Positions 38,877 through 48,573 are shown, counted from the stretch's first letter. The stretch: DNA of 64,000 nt from a virus (IMGVR_UViG_3300027884_000039:1-64000), one strand, 5' to 3'. Program-made: numbers and translations. Notes: generated from the sequence alone by a model not told the origin.

Positions 38877-39236
38877 ATGCGCGCTTTAACTCGTAGACAA
38901 ATCCTGCATAAATATGGCAGCTTCGATGAGAAGCAGACTGACGCGATCTTTCGAGCCATGGACGAGTGGCGTGATCAGTTCGCAGCCAGATATATCGGAG
39001 ATAGAACGCTGCCTACCTATAGCGACCCGATCGACCTGATTAAGAAAGTGATGCAAGAGGAAGGCATAAGAACATCGGAGCTTAGCCGCACGATAGAGAT
39101 CGATCAAGCGTACGTGTATAGAATAATCGAGTATAAGAAAATGATCTCACGCCCAATGATCCACAAGGTAGCGGCCTTATTTAGGATATCAGTAGACGTG
39201 CTCAGCGAACCATATGAACTAAAACCAAAGCCATGA
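38877..39236 (+). CDS. XRE/HigA-like HTH regulator
   Basis: IRTSELSRTIEIDQAYVYRII..KMISRPMIHKVAALF. Confidence 0.8.
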   Translation: MRALTRRQILHKYGSFDEKQTDAIFRAMDEWRDQFAARYIGDRTLPTYSDPIDLIKKVMQEEGIRTSELSRTIEIDQAYVYRIIEYKKMISRPMIHKVAALFRISVDVLSEPYELKPKP

Positions 39237-39430
39237 ATAATAAAAAACTGTACCTTGTACTCGCGGTGAGTATGGTTTTATTGGCGATCACCAATGCGAT
39301 CCTAGCCTACCAGGTCTCCAAAGATCGGCAGGAACGCCATGCAGGCGGATCGTTGAAGTCACTGCAAGAGTTGTTATCGCAGGACTCTTCCATACAGATG
39401 ACGCCCATCATGCCCATGATCACCATGTAG
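39233..39430 (+). CDS. Signal-anchor small protein
   Basis: N-terminal TM. Confidence 0.6.
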   Translation: MNNKKLYLVLAVSMVLLAITNAILAYQVSKDRQERHAGGSLKSLQELLSQDSSIQMTPIMPMITM

Positions 39431-39451
39431 ACAAAAACTAAACTATACAAG

Positions 39452-39658
39452 ATGAAGAAAGCACTTTTTATTTGGGGAGCACTATGGTTCTTAGCTGTAG
39501 TCATTGCGATTATGATATTAGCCGCTAAGATGGGTGATCTGGCTACGGTTATTGATCATCACGACAAGCAGCTTCACGATATGCTGTACTTCGATTCGCT
39601 CACCGCGATGAAGCCAGGTACCGGTGATACGACTACTTTCATCATAAAGAAACACTAA
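39452..39658 (+). CDS. Signal-anchor small protein
   Basis: N-terminal TM. Confidence 0.6.
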   Translation: MKKALFIWGALWFLAVVIAIMILAAKMGDLATVIDHHDKQLHDMLYFDSLTAMKPGTGDTTTFIIKKH

Positions 39659-39774
39659 AAAAAGGTGAATGAATTCTTTGCATCGTATTATTTTTATTGT
39701 ATCATTGTAGTCTCTCACTAGTGGTTTAGTGCGAGGTAAGCAACCAGTCAGCCCCGTATCGATCGGGGCTGTAT

Positions 39775-39845
39775 GCCAGGGTGGCCGAGCGGTTAGGTCC
39801 AGGTCTGCAAAACCTGGTACATCGGTTCGAATCCGATCCCTGGTT
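39775..39845 (+). tRNA. tRNA-Cys (GCA)
   Basis: Acceptor GCCAGGG/CCCTGGT, anticodon arm CAGGT-CTGCAAA-ACCTG, T arm ATCGG-TTCGAAT-CCGAT, U73. Confidence 0.95.
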
Positions 39846-39847
39846 CG

Positions 39848-40330
39848 ATGAGAATTATTAAGCCTGAACGTAAACTTCGCCTGTTGCGTGATTACATGAA
39901 TGAGTGGATAGATGCATGGCCAACGAAGTTTAGGCCATTTGATCGTTGGCTGGAATCAACATTTGACAAAGCGCTATACAAAGGCAAGATGAAGGCAGTT
40001 GCTATGTACAAAGCAAGGTGCCGTTATTGCCGTCGAGAGTTTGACGAGACCCTGGAGAAAACGAAGGATCACGTTGTCCCCCTCTCCAGGGGAGGATTGG
40101 ATCATAAGGAAAATAGAGTACCCTGTTGTTTTGAATGCAATCAATGGAAAGCAGACCGAACATTAATTGCATGGTTAAAGGAGATCAGACGAAGAATCAA
40201 AAAAGATCAGCCTTATAAATCGCATTATGGCGTATCACAGATGGGAAGAATAGCAGCCGCTATTGAAACAGTGCTGGCAGAAGTAAAGGCGAATGAAACG
40301 AAAGCATCTATCTATAAAGTTAAGAAGTAA
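39848..40330 (+). CDS. HNH endonuclease
   Basis: CRYC...DHVVPLSRGG.D..EN.VPCC..CNQWK. Confidence 0.92.
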   Translation: MRIIKPERKLRLLRDYMNEWIDAWPTKFRPFDRWLESTFDKALYKGKMKAVAMYKARCRYCRREFDETLEKTKDHVVPLSRGGLDHKENRVPCCFECNQWKADRTLIAWLKEIRRRIKKDQPYKSHYGVSQMGRIAAAIETVLAEVKANETKASIYKVKK

Positions 40331-40350
40331 TATGGAGCATCCAACTCCAA

Positions 40351-40556
40351 GCGCGAGAGTAACAGGGAAACCAGTGAGCGCAAACGATGGACTGATACAG
40401 TCACCGTTGGTTACAACGGCAGTCTAAGCTCAAAGACACTGTAGGCAGGCGAATGAGAGGACCTGTGTAGGTCGGACAGGCAACTGGATAGAACGACACT
40501 GTGCAATCGTTTAGCCCTTCCCGTGAGGTGCTGGCTGTAATCGGGGCCTCTCGCGT
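40351..40556 (+). ncRNA. Unidentified structured RNA (~205 nt)
   Basis: Closing stem gcgcgagag/ctctcgcgt; inner aaacgat/atcgttt; hairpins gactg/cagtc, ccgttg/caacgg, gacct/aggtc; no long ORF. Confidence 0.55.
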
Positions 40557-40626
40557 TTTTAAAAGTTTTGTTTTCTCATGTGAAGGTTAAGGCCTGGTAG
40601 TTTCGATGATTACGTTTTAATGAAAA

Positions 40627-40656
40627 AGGGCGGCCTGTAGTAGGCCGCTCTTTTGT
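40627..40656 (+). terminator. Intrinsic terminator
   Basis: gggcggcct-gtagt-aggccgctc followed by ttttg. Confidence 0.75.
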
Positions 40657-40688
40657 TTTGGCAATATTAAATTCCAATTGTATATTTG
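40657..40688 (+). promoter_or_regulatory. Bacteroidota sigma-A promoter
   Basis: Perfect TTTG-N20-TATATTTG. Confidence 0.75.
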
Positions 40689-40886
40689 TAGCCAATTAGT
40701 TATTGAAGATGAAAAAATTCGCCTCCTGTTTCTACAGGAGGCTTTTTAATGTACCAACTTTATTATATATTGCATCGTCGCACCGCCCGAAAGGGGGTTA
40801 AGCGACTTCTATTTTTTGGTTCTGAACGAGAACCTAATATGGATAGCAAAAGAAACGCGGCCTCCATTTCCATGGGGGCCTTTTAT

Positions 40887-43313
40887 TTAGAACGGCGCCA
40901 CTTCCTTGCTAAACACTCTGCCTCTAACGGTGTCATATAGTTCTCGACGTATCTGCTCTTGTAGCAGGACAATGCTATGTCGCTCCGCCCAGTCGTCAAG
41001 GGCTTCAGCCATCCGCGCGGGTGACAACCGGTAGCGGGAATCAAGGTCTTCTTTAATCAGATAGTGCTGGTAGTGTTGATTGAACTGGTCGTTGGTGACA
41101 AAGGACAAGCGCAGCCACGCTTCAATATGGGCTTCAATAAACTGTCGCGTATAGGGGTTATAATGCTGATCGAACTGTTTCTGCCATCCGGTGTCACTCA
41201 GACGCCCTGGTTGCAGTTTACCCCCTCCAGCAAGGTAATGCTGAATCGATCCGATGATAATATTATCATATTGTTGCCACTGGTGGGCGTCCCAATCGTA
41301 GGGGAATAGCTTACCGAAGTGCGTATCTACGCCTTTAGCTAAAGTAAAGAATGGCGTGAACTCCAGTGGAATGATACGACGTAGCAATCCTCCATCTGCT
41401 ATATCATAAGAGTAGTTCGTTGAGACGACGAACTTGCACATTTGATCGGAGGAAATGACAAGGTCATCCTTGTACAGTTTCTTTTGGATCGCCGCGCCAG
41501 AGGAGGGTTCTTTTAAGAATAAGAAGTTGAAGTTCTTCGGGACATCATTGAGGGCCAGCACCCGCTCAAAATTCCAGGCCTGGAGGAACTTTTCATTGAA
41601 CTGTGCCTGCACCCCGGCGATGTTCTTGAGCGTAGTAGAGTGGCCGAGCAAGTTCGTAAAGATATTCTTGCCCGTGCCGCCTCCATCCCTGGGATTGGCA
41701 GCCTGATCGACAAGCAGGATGATATAAGCCATGCTCTCGTCTTTATAATCGTGCGTGAGGTAGCCGATGATCCGCCAGAGATAGGTAGAGATGCCAATGG
41801 CCAGCGAGAGGAATTGATAATAGAGTCCCTGCTGATCTAGCTCAGCCGCCTGGTAATCGCGCGGGATAATATCGGTAGCCCATACCAGCCAGTGATTACT
41901 CAGCAGGGAATAGGGATAGAAATTGACACTATCGGCAGTAATGCCCAGGTAACCGTTGCGGAAGTATTTATAGGATAGTGTCTTGGTAGACTTCATTAGG
42001 CGATTTTCATCAAAGAGTTCAATCCGGGTGATGGAGAATTCACCAGCCGATTGGAAGAACGCTTCGGCGACGTTGATCACTTCTTCCACCTCGCCAATAT
42101 AGGTCTTCAGACTATCGTAGAAGGCGCGCGGACTGGTGCGCGTAACTGTATAACCTTCTATCAGGACAAGCTGTCCTTGATAATTGCGGTATCCCAGCGC
42201 GCTGGCTACCGAGTATAACTTCTCTCGGTTGATGATTGTCTTTCCGGCCTTACTCGTATTCCAGTAAATGCCATGTGGAAACTTCGTCTGCTGTTCCACG
42301 TGAAATGCCTTGGCGGCCGCTGAAGCATTGGCCGGAAGCGGTTCGCCGCGTTTGATTATTCCTTGTTCGATATGTGGTCGGAGTCTACCGTATCCTTGTT
42401 GAACCAGAAATGAATAGGTTGCTCTTTTGTCTCCGCCAAATCGTAGGATTGCCAGTAGGGTTGCAGGGTGGTATCCCCGCTCGGCATCGAGTCCAGTGGA
42501 TGTTGTAAATATATAGTATATTCTGGTTTGTCTATTGAAGCTGGCGCTGATACCAGCACTTTTACCGGGTCGCCAGTAATATTGATAAGCTTGATTGTGA
42601 TCTCCTGCGGTCCACCCGAAGTCAAGCAAAACTGTTTCAGCGCAATGTGAATGATTATACGCTTCGAACGGGTTTTCTTCATAATAATCCATTTCTGGTT
42701 TACTGATCGTGACCGGCGTCGCGATCTTGATCTTCTCGTTGAAACTTCTAGCCAGGTTGACCAGGCTCTCGCGTTGCTCGATAGTAATCACCGGTATCGG
42801 CTGATCCCGATACACCTGGTAACCCAAGGAGGGAGGAGCGACGATATAGCCGCCCTCCCCTCTTGTTTCGATTCCGGCAAGACTGCTACCCACAGCCGTT
42901 GCCAGTTTCAGGTTACCCACACCAGACGGCTGATCCGTCCGGTACAGTATATGAAAGCCACCGGAGGGCGTAGAATGAATGCGCAGCCTTGTCCAGAGCA
43001 AGGGATAAATCTCGCGGATCGCTTCGAACAGGCGTGCATCGATCCCCGGCCAGTTCTTCACATCAATATCGATCGCCTCCAGGTTGCCGCTCACCGCGCC
43101 GCAGATGATGGCTACAGCGCAGGTTCCATGTTCTTCCATCCCATGCCATAACTCTTCCTCGCTCACCCTTCGCTGCTGAAATTGCTTCCACTGCCCATAC
43201 GGCGTCTTCGCTGGTTTTCCATCTTGCTCCCGGTCGCGTACAGGGATCAGCGATACCCCTGCTGCGAGTAGGTCCGTCACCTGTTGCCATACGGCGCTGA
43301 GCGATTCGGGCAT
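40887..43313 (-). CDS. Bifunctional primase-polymerase fused to a helicase (NrS-1/SF3-like)
   Basis: N-terminal bifunctional Prim-Pol motifs (AIICG..SGNLEAIDID, TPSGGFHILY, ETRGEGGYIVAPPS); Walker A GGTGKNIF. Confidence 0.9.
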   Translation of the reverse strand: MPESLSAVWQQVTDLLAAGVSLIPVRDREQDGKPAKTPYGQWKQFQQRRVSEEELWHGMEEHGTCAVAIICGAVSGNLEAIDIDVKNWPGIDARLFEAIREIYPLLWTRLRIHSTPSGGFHILYRTDQPSGVGNLKLATAVGSSLAGIETRGEGGYIVAPPSLGYQVYRDQPIPVITIEQRESLVNLARSFNEKIKIATPVTISKPEMDYYEENPFEAYNHSHCAETVLLDFGWTAGDHNQAYQYYWRPGKSAGISASFNRQTRIYYIFTTSTGLDAERGYHPATLLAILRFGGDKRATYSFLVQQGYGRLRPHIEQGIIKRGEPLPANASAAAKAFHVEQQTKFPHGIYWNTSKAGKTIINREKLYSVASALGYRNYQGQLVLIEGYTVTRTSPRAFYDSLKTYIGEVEEVINVAEAFFQSAGEFSITRIELFDENRLMKSTKTLSYKYFRNGYLGITADSVNFYPYSLLSNHWLVWATDIIPRDYQAAELDQQGLYYQFLSLAIGISTYLWRIIGYLTHDYKDESMAYIILLVDQAANPRDGGGTGKNIFTNLLGHSTTLKNIAGVQAQFNEKFLQAWNFERVLALNDVPKNFNFLFLKEPSSGAAIQKKLYKDDLVISSDQMCKFVVSTNYSYDIADGGLLRRIIPLEFTPFFTLAKGVDTHFGKLFPYDWDAHQWQQYDNIIIGSIQHYLAGGGKLQPGRLSDTGWQKQFDQHYNPYTRQFIEAHIEAWLRLSFVTNDQFNQHYQHYLIKEDLDSRYRLSPARMAEALDDWAERHSIVLLQEQIRRELYDTVRGRVFSKEVAPF

Positions 43314-43335
43314 GGTTCATATATGGGTTGATTGG

Positions 43336-43827
43336 TTAGTCAAGCGTTGTATACAAGTCCGGATCATCCAATAATTTTTTGTCCGTCACAATAAACCAAT
43401 AGTACCACTGGTAAAACGATTGCATGTCCCGAGCCACATAATAAATCCCACCAGCCTCCTGAATATCGCTCTGCTGCTTTACCTGGGCATCACTCAGATG
43501 GTCCTTGCCTACCTTCACTTCTATCCATACTGAACGCCCGCTAATAATCGCTGTAATATCCGGGGTCCCTCGCTTGGTATGGCTGGTCGTCCATTTGATG
43601 CGGCCCCCATCTGCTCTCGCCTGCCCCTGCGTGCTGATCCGGTTCGCATAATGACCCTTCCACGCGAGGAATTTAATAATCAACTGCGTCAGCCCGTTAG
43701 CCGTTCGATCGGTAGGGATTTTGGGCTCGATTGGGGGGAAGCTGGGGTATTTCCGGGTGATATGCTCTTTGTACAATCGCTTGTATTCTTCTCTCCAGGT
43801 TGGTTTTGGGTTCATAATGGCTATCAT
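43336..43827 (-). CDS. VRR-NUC / PD-(D/E)xK nuclease
   Basis: GTPDI...IEVK...LSDAQ...GGIYYVAR. Confidence 0.85.
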   Translation of the reverse strand: MIAIMNPKPTWREEYKRLYKEHITRKYPSFPPIEPKIPTDRTANGLTQLIIKFLAWKGHYANRISTQGQARADGGRIKWTTSHTKRGTPDITAIISGRSVWIEVKVGKDHLSDAQVKQQSDIQEAGGIYYVARDMQSFYQWYYWFIVTDKKLLDDPDLYTTLD

Positions 43828-43975
43828 TGGTCACCCGAATGGGCGGCAGATTCATTTTACTTTGCTTGATCACATAGATGTCCGCTTTCGGTTCAAGGCT
43901 ATCGCGCACCCAAAGGATGTAGGCGAAGGAGCCCCGGAAGTGGATGCCCGCGATGTCCAATTCATATTCTTCCAT
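43697..43975 (-). CDS. Hypothetical protein (3' part overlaps VRR-NUC)
   Basis: ORF; long overlap lowers confidence. Confidence 0.35.
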   Translation of the reverse strand: MEEYELDIAGIHFRGSFAYILWVRDSLEPKADIYVIKQSKMNLPPIRVTNDSHYEPKTNLERRIQAIVQRAYHPEIPQLPPNRAQNPYRSNG

Positions 43976-44060
43976 TAGCAAAAGATTATGTAGAGTAAAA
44001 AAATAAGAATGACCAGGTAAAGGATCGGTACTAAGCAGCCAGGCGGTGGTGGTTTATCTT

Positions 44061-44723
44061 TCATACGGGTACCTGGTTAAGGTCTTCCAGTTGCAATAAT
44101 ACCTGGGCCTGTTCGTCGCTCAGGTGGAAGGATTCCCGGAGCTTACCGATCACGTCCTGTTCACCCGCCTTGATGCGCTCGATCGCCGCGCCGAATGCCT
44201 TTTCGCTAATCTTGCGCTTATCGGGCTCCAAGGGGACGGAGACAACCGTTGCGTGCGCGTCCACGGTTTCGATCTCCGATTCATCGAGCATCCCCAGGCC
44301 GCAGATCGATAGCGTAGCCCTGCGCTTCGCCTTGGTCTCCGCCTTCATCATCGCGTTAGCCAAGGCTTCGCCCTTGAGCCCTTCAATGGATACGACGCCC
44401 GTGGCCACATCGGTCTTCCCATCTTTATCCTTCACTTTACAGGTAACCATATAGGTCACCTGGGGCTGGAAGTCCGAACCTAGTTCGATCACGCTTACCC
44501 CATGGAGCTTGCGCAACTGTTCGGTGCAATCCTTGGTCGCATAGAGCACTTCCTTGCCCTGGAACTTGAGGATTTTGAAGGGCTGGGTTAGGGGATTGAG
44601 CCCCAAGCTATCGCAGAAGCGCCGGTAGTAGTCCACCTTCATCCCGTCATTCATCTTGGCCAGGTCCCCGCCGAGTACCAAGGAGGCGAGCATCCCATCA
44701 TTATGTACAGCTAGATTAGACAT
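44061..44723 (-). CDS. Single-strand annealing recombinase (RecT/Bet-like)
   Basis: GLNPLTQPF...LYAT...NAMMKAETKAKRRATLSICGLG.LDESE. Confidence 0.8.
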   Translation of the reverse strand: MSNLAVHNDGMLASLVLGGDLAKMNDGMKVDYYRRFCDSLGLNPLTQPFKILKFQGKEVLYATKDCTEQLRKLHGVSVIELGSDFQPQVTYMVTCKVKDKDGKTDVATGVVSIEGLKGEALANAMMKAETKAKRRATLSICGLGMLDESEIETVDAHATVVSVPLEPDKRKISEKAFGAAIERIKAGEQDVIGKLRESFHLSDEQAQVLLQLEDLNQVPV

Positions 44724-44729
44724 ATATAT

Positions 44730-45023
44730 TTAATTTAAGTGATCGTCCAGGTGAGTGACAGCGCATTGCTGAATGTCATGGATACGCTTCATCGCTTCCC
44801 GTTTGTAGCGCACGAGCATCATTTCTACGAGCGGCGCGATCAATTCACGAAGTTCGCTTTCATGATGGCTGAGCAGATGCTGGTAATCGGCGAGCATATC
44901 CTGGCCCATGAACCAGACGGCTTCGATATCGACGTTGCCAACGGTCCCGTCGTCATAAAGCTGCGCTACGGCGTTCACAGTACTGTTACCGGAGGGGAAG
45001 GAAAAATGTTTGGTCAGGATCAT
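44730..45023 (-). CDS. Hypothetical protein
   Basis: ORF in operon. Confidence 0.6.
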   Translation of the reverse strand: MILTKHFSFPSGNSTVNAVAQLYDDGTVGNVDIEAVWFMGQDMLADYQHLLSHHESELRELIAPLVEMMLVRYKREAMKRIHDIQQCAVTHLDDHLN

Positions 45024-45197
45024 ATAGTATTGTATTATTGCGTTCGGCTTTATGCGAAAGGCTATGATTTAGTACGCTGTCTCTCAAGCAGAGCAGCGTA
45101 CTTTTTTTGTGCCCTTCGCCTGATCCGGTCTTCCATTTTGGCGCGAAGCAAGTCGGCAAAGACTTTACGGTCATTATCACGCCTGATCACCTCGCGG

Positions 45198-45437
45198 TTA
45201 ATGTGGACTATCTTCATATACCAGGAGTTTTTTTCGTATCTTTTCTACGTTTTCTTTCGTACCATAACCCCGATCCAGTATATACCGGTAAGTATTGTGA
45301 TGCATCTTGAGTTGGCGGGCATTGCGCACGAAGCAACCATAGCCCAAATTCATACGCCGCAACACCTGGATTTCCTCTTCTGACAACTTTTCTTGTCTTT
45401 TTTTATTTTTTTTTCTCCGAAAATTTGTCTTTTTCAT
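45198..45437 (-). CDS. Cro-like small DNA-binding protein
   Basis: Basic; helix pattern ARQLKMHHNTYRYILDRG; divergent from the repressor-like gene. Confidence 0.55.
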   Translation of the reverse strand: MKKTNFRRKKNKKRQEKLSEEEIQVLRRMNLGYGCFVRNARQLKMHHNTYRYILDRGYGTKENVEKIRKKLLVYEDSPH

Positions 45438-45467
45438 TGTATCATTCTATATTGCGTATGCTTTAGA

Positions 45468-45475
45468 CAAATATA
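45468..45475 (-). promoter_or_regulatory. -7 promoter element for the leftward (replication) operon
   Basis: TATATTTG on the minus strand, 31 nt upstream of ATG 45437. Confidence 0.55.
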
Positions 45476-45573
45476 ATTGTAAAACGACAAAAAATACTGT
45501 CAAATGACAGATTTATTTTTCCACCCTGTATATTGTCCACCTTCATAATCACGTAAAAAAAATCGACACGAAC

Positions 45574-45987
45574 ATGGTAAAACAAAAAATCGGCCCGCTG
45601 GCAACGCTGGTGGCCGAAATTCGCGCCAAAGCGGCGGGAGGCAAGCGCCTTCAAGATATAGAAATGGAGACGGGTATCGGAGCCGGTAACCTAAGCAGAC
45701 GGTTGAAAGCAGAGGAGAATGGTAAGCCTCCGGCCCCGAAGTTTATTAAGCGACTGGAAATACATTACGAAGTTCTTTTACATGGCAGGAAGACCATTGA
45801 GCGGGAGGAAGCTGGTTTATGGGAAGATTTTTCGAACCAACTTATTCGGATGACGGCGCTTGGGAATGTTGTACTTCGGCGGTTGGCCGAGTTAGAGAGT
45901 CCATCAGACCCTCAGACAAGGTTGAGGGAAATAGTGAAAGATGTCTCGGCGGAAGAAGATAAGTTGAAAGGCGCAGTACAATCTTAA
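45574..45987 (+). CDS. CI-like HTH repressor
   Basis: LQDIEMETGIGAGNLSRRL HTH; divergent arrangement. Confidence 0.65.
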   Translation: MVKQKIGPLATLVAEIRAKAAGGKRLQDIEMETGIGAGNLSRRLKAEENGKPPAPKFIKRLEIHYEVLLHGRKTIEREEAGLWEDFSNQLIRMTALGNVVLRRLAELESPSDPQTRLREIVKDVSAEEDKLKGAVQS

Positions 45988-46083
45988 TTTTCTTCTTGGT
46001 CAGTTTCTTAGCCATGTAATAGGATTTAAGCACGAAGGGTATTAAAAATAATACTCTTCCATAAAAAATCCAAATTATATTTC

Positions 46084-46848
46084 ATGGCAAAGAAGATCAC
46101 CTACCAAAAACAAGTCCGCAGAAGTTTACCTACCATCGGGGATTTGGGGTTGCCTCCGAAAGGAGCCCCCGATCCCCTTCCCGCTCCCCCCTCCCTTCCT
46201 ACGGAGCGTTTTACCCGCATGGAATTCCTGCCACGTGAAGACAAGCCTGCTGCTGCCTCCCCCGCCCAAAAGCGGGAAGTTATATTCGATGATGAAGACG
46301 GAGACAAAGATGATTTGCCTGGCATGGCTGACTTTTTGAAAGCCTTTCCAGGTTGGGATTTTGGAAGTCGCGTCCTCAAGGGCCGGCAATTGGACATCGA
46401 TTACGATATTCGTATTACGGCTTACAATGCATCTGCCGATTCGCTCGATAAAAAAAGGAAGTATAAAATAAGTTTTGGTACTTATTTTATACAAAATAAT
46501 TTACTCTATCGCTCCGTTTTGGTTGGGCTGGGTCCGGAAATTCCTGGAAAAAACCAAAGGGTGCTCCTCGCTTTATTTGATAATATCCACATGCGTGATT
46601 ATCAAGACAACTATACCATCACCATCAATAAAGCGGGCCGAATGGCCGATTTTTCACAGGCCACCATTGGCATCAAAGTGGTAGAAGCGTTTAATCTTGA
46701 AAAAGAACTCGCCAAACAGCCGGGTGGAATAACGTATATAAAGTGCTGCGTAAAGCCATGGAAGGAACCTATCAAATACGACACCAAAAATAACTTTCAA
46801 ATCGAATTACTGGGTATCGAGAAGCCTGATTCTAAACCAAAACAATAA
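46084..46848 (+). CDS. Hypothetical protein (Pro-rich N-terminus)
   Basis: 254-aa ORF. Confidence 0.7.
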   Translation: MAKKITYQKQVRRSLPTIGDLGLPPKGAPDPLPAPPSLPTERFTRMEFLPREDKPAAASPAQKREVIFDDEDGDKDDLPGMADFLKAFPGWDFGSRVLKGRQLDIDYDIRITAYNASADSLDKKRKYKISFGTYFIQNNLLYRSVLVGLGPEIPGKNQRVLLALFDNIHMRDYQDNYTITINKAGRMADFSQATIGIKVVEAFNLEKELAKQPGGITYIKCCVKPWKEPIKYDTKNNFQIELLGIEKPDSKPKQ

Positions 46849-46850
46849 TA

Positions 46851-47801
46851 ATGAGTAGTCACCGCCACGTTGCCGATTTACGCCCCCATCCTGATTATGT
46901 CCTCCAAACAGACATAGTCGAACGGGTAAATAAAGCCAATAAGGCCGCGAAATTGGAAGATACACTGATCCCTTTCATACGCATCAATAGACTTATGGCC
47001 AGGGATTTATTGACGCTTAATGTAGGCAATAGGGACGTTGCTCGCTATGATCTGAAAAGATATGCCATGTTAATGCGCAGAGGCAAATGGTTCTGGATTG
47101 GCGCGGTTATTAAAATTGATTTGACAGGGCGCTTGATCGACGGTCAAAAGGAGCTTGCGGCGGTGGACATGAGCGACACGGAGCAGATATTCCATATACA
47201 ATGTGGTATAGACCCCGAAGCACATGCAGCTATTGATGTTGGTCGGTTAAAATCACTGAAGGACGCCCTAACGACAGCCGGCTTTGTTAACGTCAATCAA
47301 CTGGCTTCCACAGCTAAAACAATAATATACCTGACTACGCAGCGGAAAGTTTCGGTGAATGTTGAAGTCGGTCATACGATCGAGCACCAGACAGTAATAG
47401 ATTGGTGTAAGGTTAAAGCTAACAAGACGCTAGCCGATGACGCAATCAGTCATGCGATGGTTTATTATGGGCGCAAGGAATATGATGCCAAGTTCATCAA
47501 TCAGACTTTTTGGAGTGTGATTTATTTTTTATTTTACAAGATCGATCAGACAAAAGCCGTTTATTTTCTTGATAAACTTGCCTCTGGCGAAGACATGACT
47601 AGAGAGGGGAAGGACTGGCAAATTTTAAAGCTGTACAAAGTGCTCAATGATTTTGCGCGGAAGGGAATTGGCAATGGGGAGAGAGCGAGGGATATTCGTT
47701 GGCGGTGGATATTCAGGGCCTGGAATCACTGGCACAACAAAGAAAAAAATGACAAGTTAGAGCCTGAGCTTTTGAGTCCGCAAATCGAAATGCCTAGATG
47801 A
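46851..47801 (+). CDS. ParB/Srx-like N-terminal domain protein
   Basis: NRDV...RYA..M..GKW...IKID.TG.LIDGQKEL.A (DGQHR-type motif). Confidence 0.75.
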   Translation: MSSHRHVADLRPHPDYVLQTDIVERVNKANKAAKLEDTLIPFIRINRLMARDLLTLNVGNRDVARYDLKRYAMLMRRGKWFWIGAVIKIDLTGRLIDGQKELAAVDMSDTEQIFHIQCGIDPEAHAAIDVGRLKSLKDALTTAGFVNVNQLASTAKTIIYLTTQRKVSVNVEVGHTIEHQTVIDWCKVKANKTLADDAISHAMVYYGRKEYDAKFINQTFWSVIYFLFYKIDQTKAVYFLDKLASGEDMTREGKDWQILKLYKVLNDFARKGIGNGERARDIRWRWIFRAWNHWHNKEKNDKLEPELLSPQIEMPR

Positions 47802-47884
47802 GATGTATAAATAATTATAACATGATCCTTAATCCAGCCGCCCGATTTTATTAGGTGCAGCTATTGCACTAATAAACTCAGCGT

Positions 47885-48163
47885 ATGTCCAGAAGTAGAA
47901 AAAAGCATCCCTGGCTCAAAGATCATAGTCCAGGAATGAAGCAAGTTTGTAGTAGATCGTTCAGACACAGGTGTCGGCAGATAAGCGGACAGTATGCCAA
48001 AAAGTGGTATACATATATTTGGCTCCGCGACGAATTGCATGATTATCCGGGGCAAGAGCCGGTATATCCAGATCGACTACGATCGATCGTTAACCAATAT
48101 GATCTTTGTGACTGGAAGTACAGGGACTGGGAAGGTAACAATCCAAAATATTACAGGAAATGA
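47885..48163 (+). CDS. Hypothetical phage protein (MSRSRKK...YDLCDWK)
   Basis: Recurrent family pattern. Confidence 0.7.
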   Translation: MSRSRKKHPWLKDHSPGMKQVCSRSFRHRCRQISGQYAKKWYTYIWLRDELHDYPGQEPVYPDRLRSIVNQYDLCDWKYRDWEGNNPKYYRK

Positions 48164-48573
48164 ATACCGCGCAGTGGATTTCAACAACTATGGGTTTTAG
48201 TACGCTAGTCACCGCCATTTTAACGTATGTGCATTGGCGTCGGGCCATAGTCATAAAGGCCTTAACAGACGACCTGCAACGCTGGATGATGGAGCGCCAC
48301 CGGGAGACTTATAATAAGATGGAAGATCGGATCACTATGGACACGGAGAAAGTGTTGCGCCTGTATTATCCAATGGAGAGCAAGGATCGTGTGACGATAC
48401 CGCAGCTAAGAGAGCAACTGCCAAAGGCCAACAACATGGCGCATATTCTGTTTGCCATTCATAAGCATGCGGAGCGATGTGCCGAAGACAATCCTGATCA
48501 GGTTGTATACAAGAAAGATGACATTGTTTTACTGTTGGAAAGATTGGGTTACACCGTTCAATGGGGAGGTTAA
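48160..48573 (+). CDS. Hypothetical protein, N-terminal TM
   Basis: Coupled ORF. Confidence 0.65.
   Translation: MNTAQWISTTMGFSTLVTAILTYVHWRRAIVIKALTDDLQRWMMERHRETYNKMEDRITMDTEKVLRLYYPMESKDRVTIPQLREQLPKANNMAHILFAIHKHAERCAEDNPDQVVYKKDDIVLLLERLGYTVQWGG

Noticed and set aside
40332-40427. 31-aa ORF MEHPTPSARV...
   Set aside because: It overlaps the heavily paired RNA and has no protein-like features.
40330-40560. Group I intron or IscB-type omegaRNA associated with the HNH
   Set aside because: No P/Q/R/S core, no interrupted host gene, and the 160-aa HNH has no RuvC motifs. Kept only as an unknown RNA.
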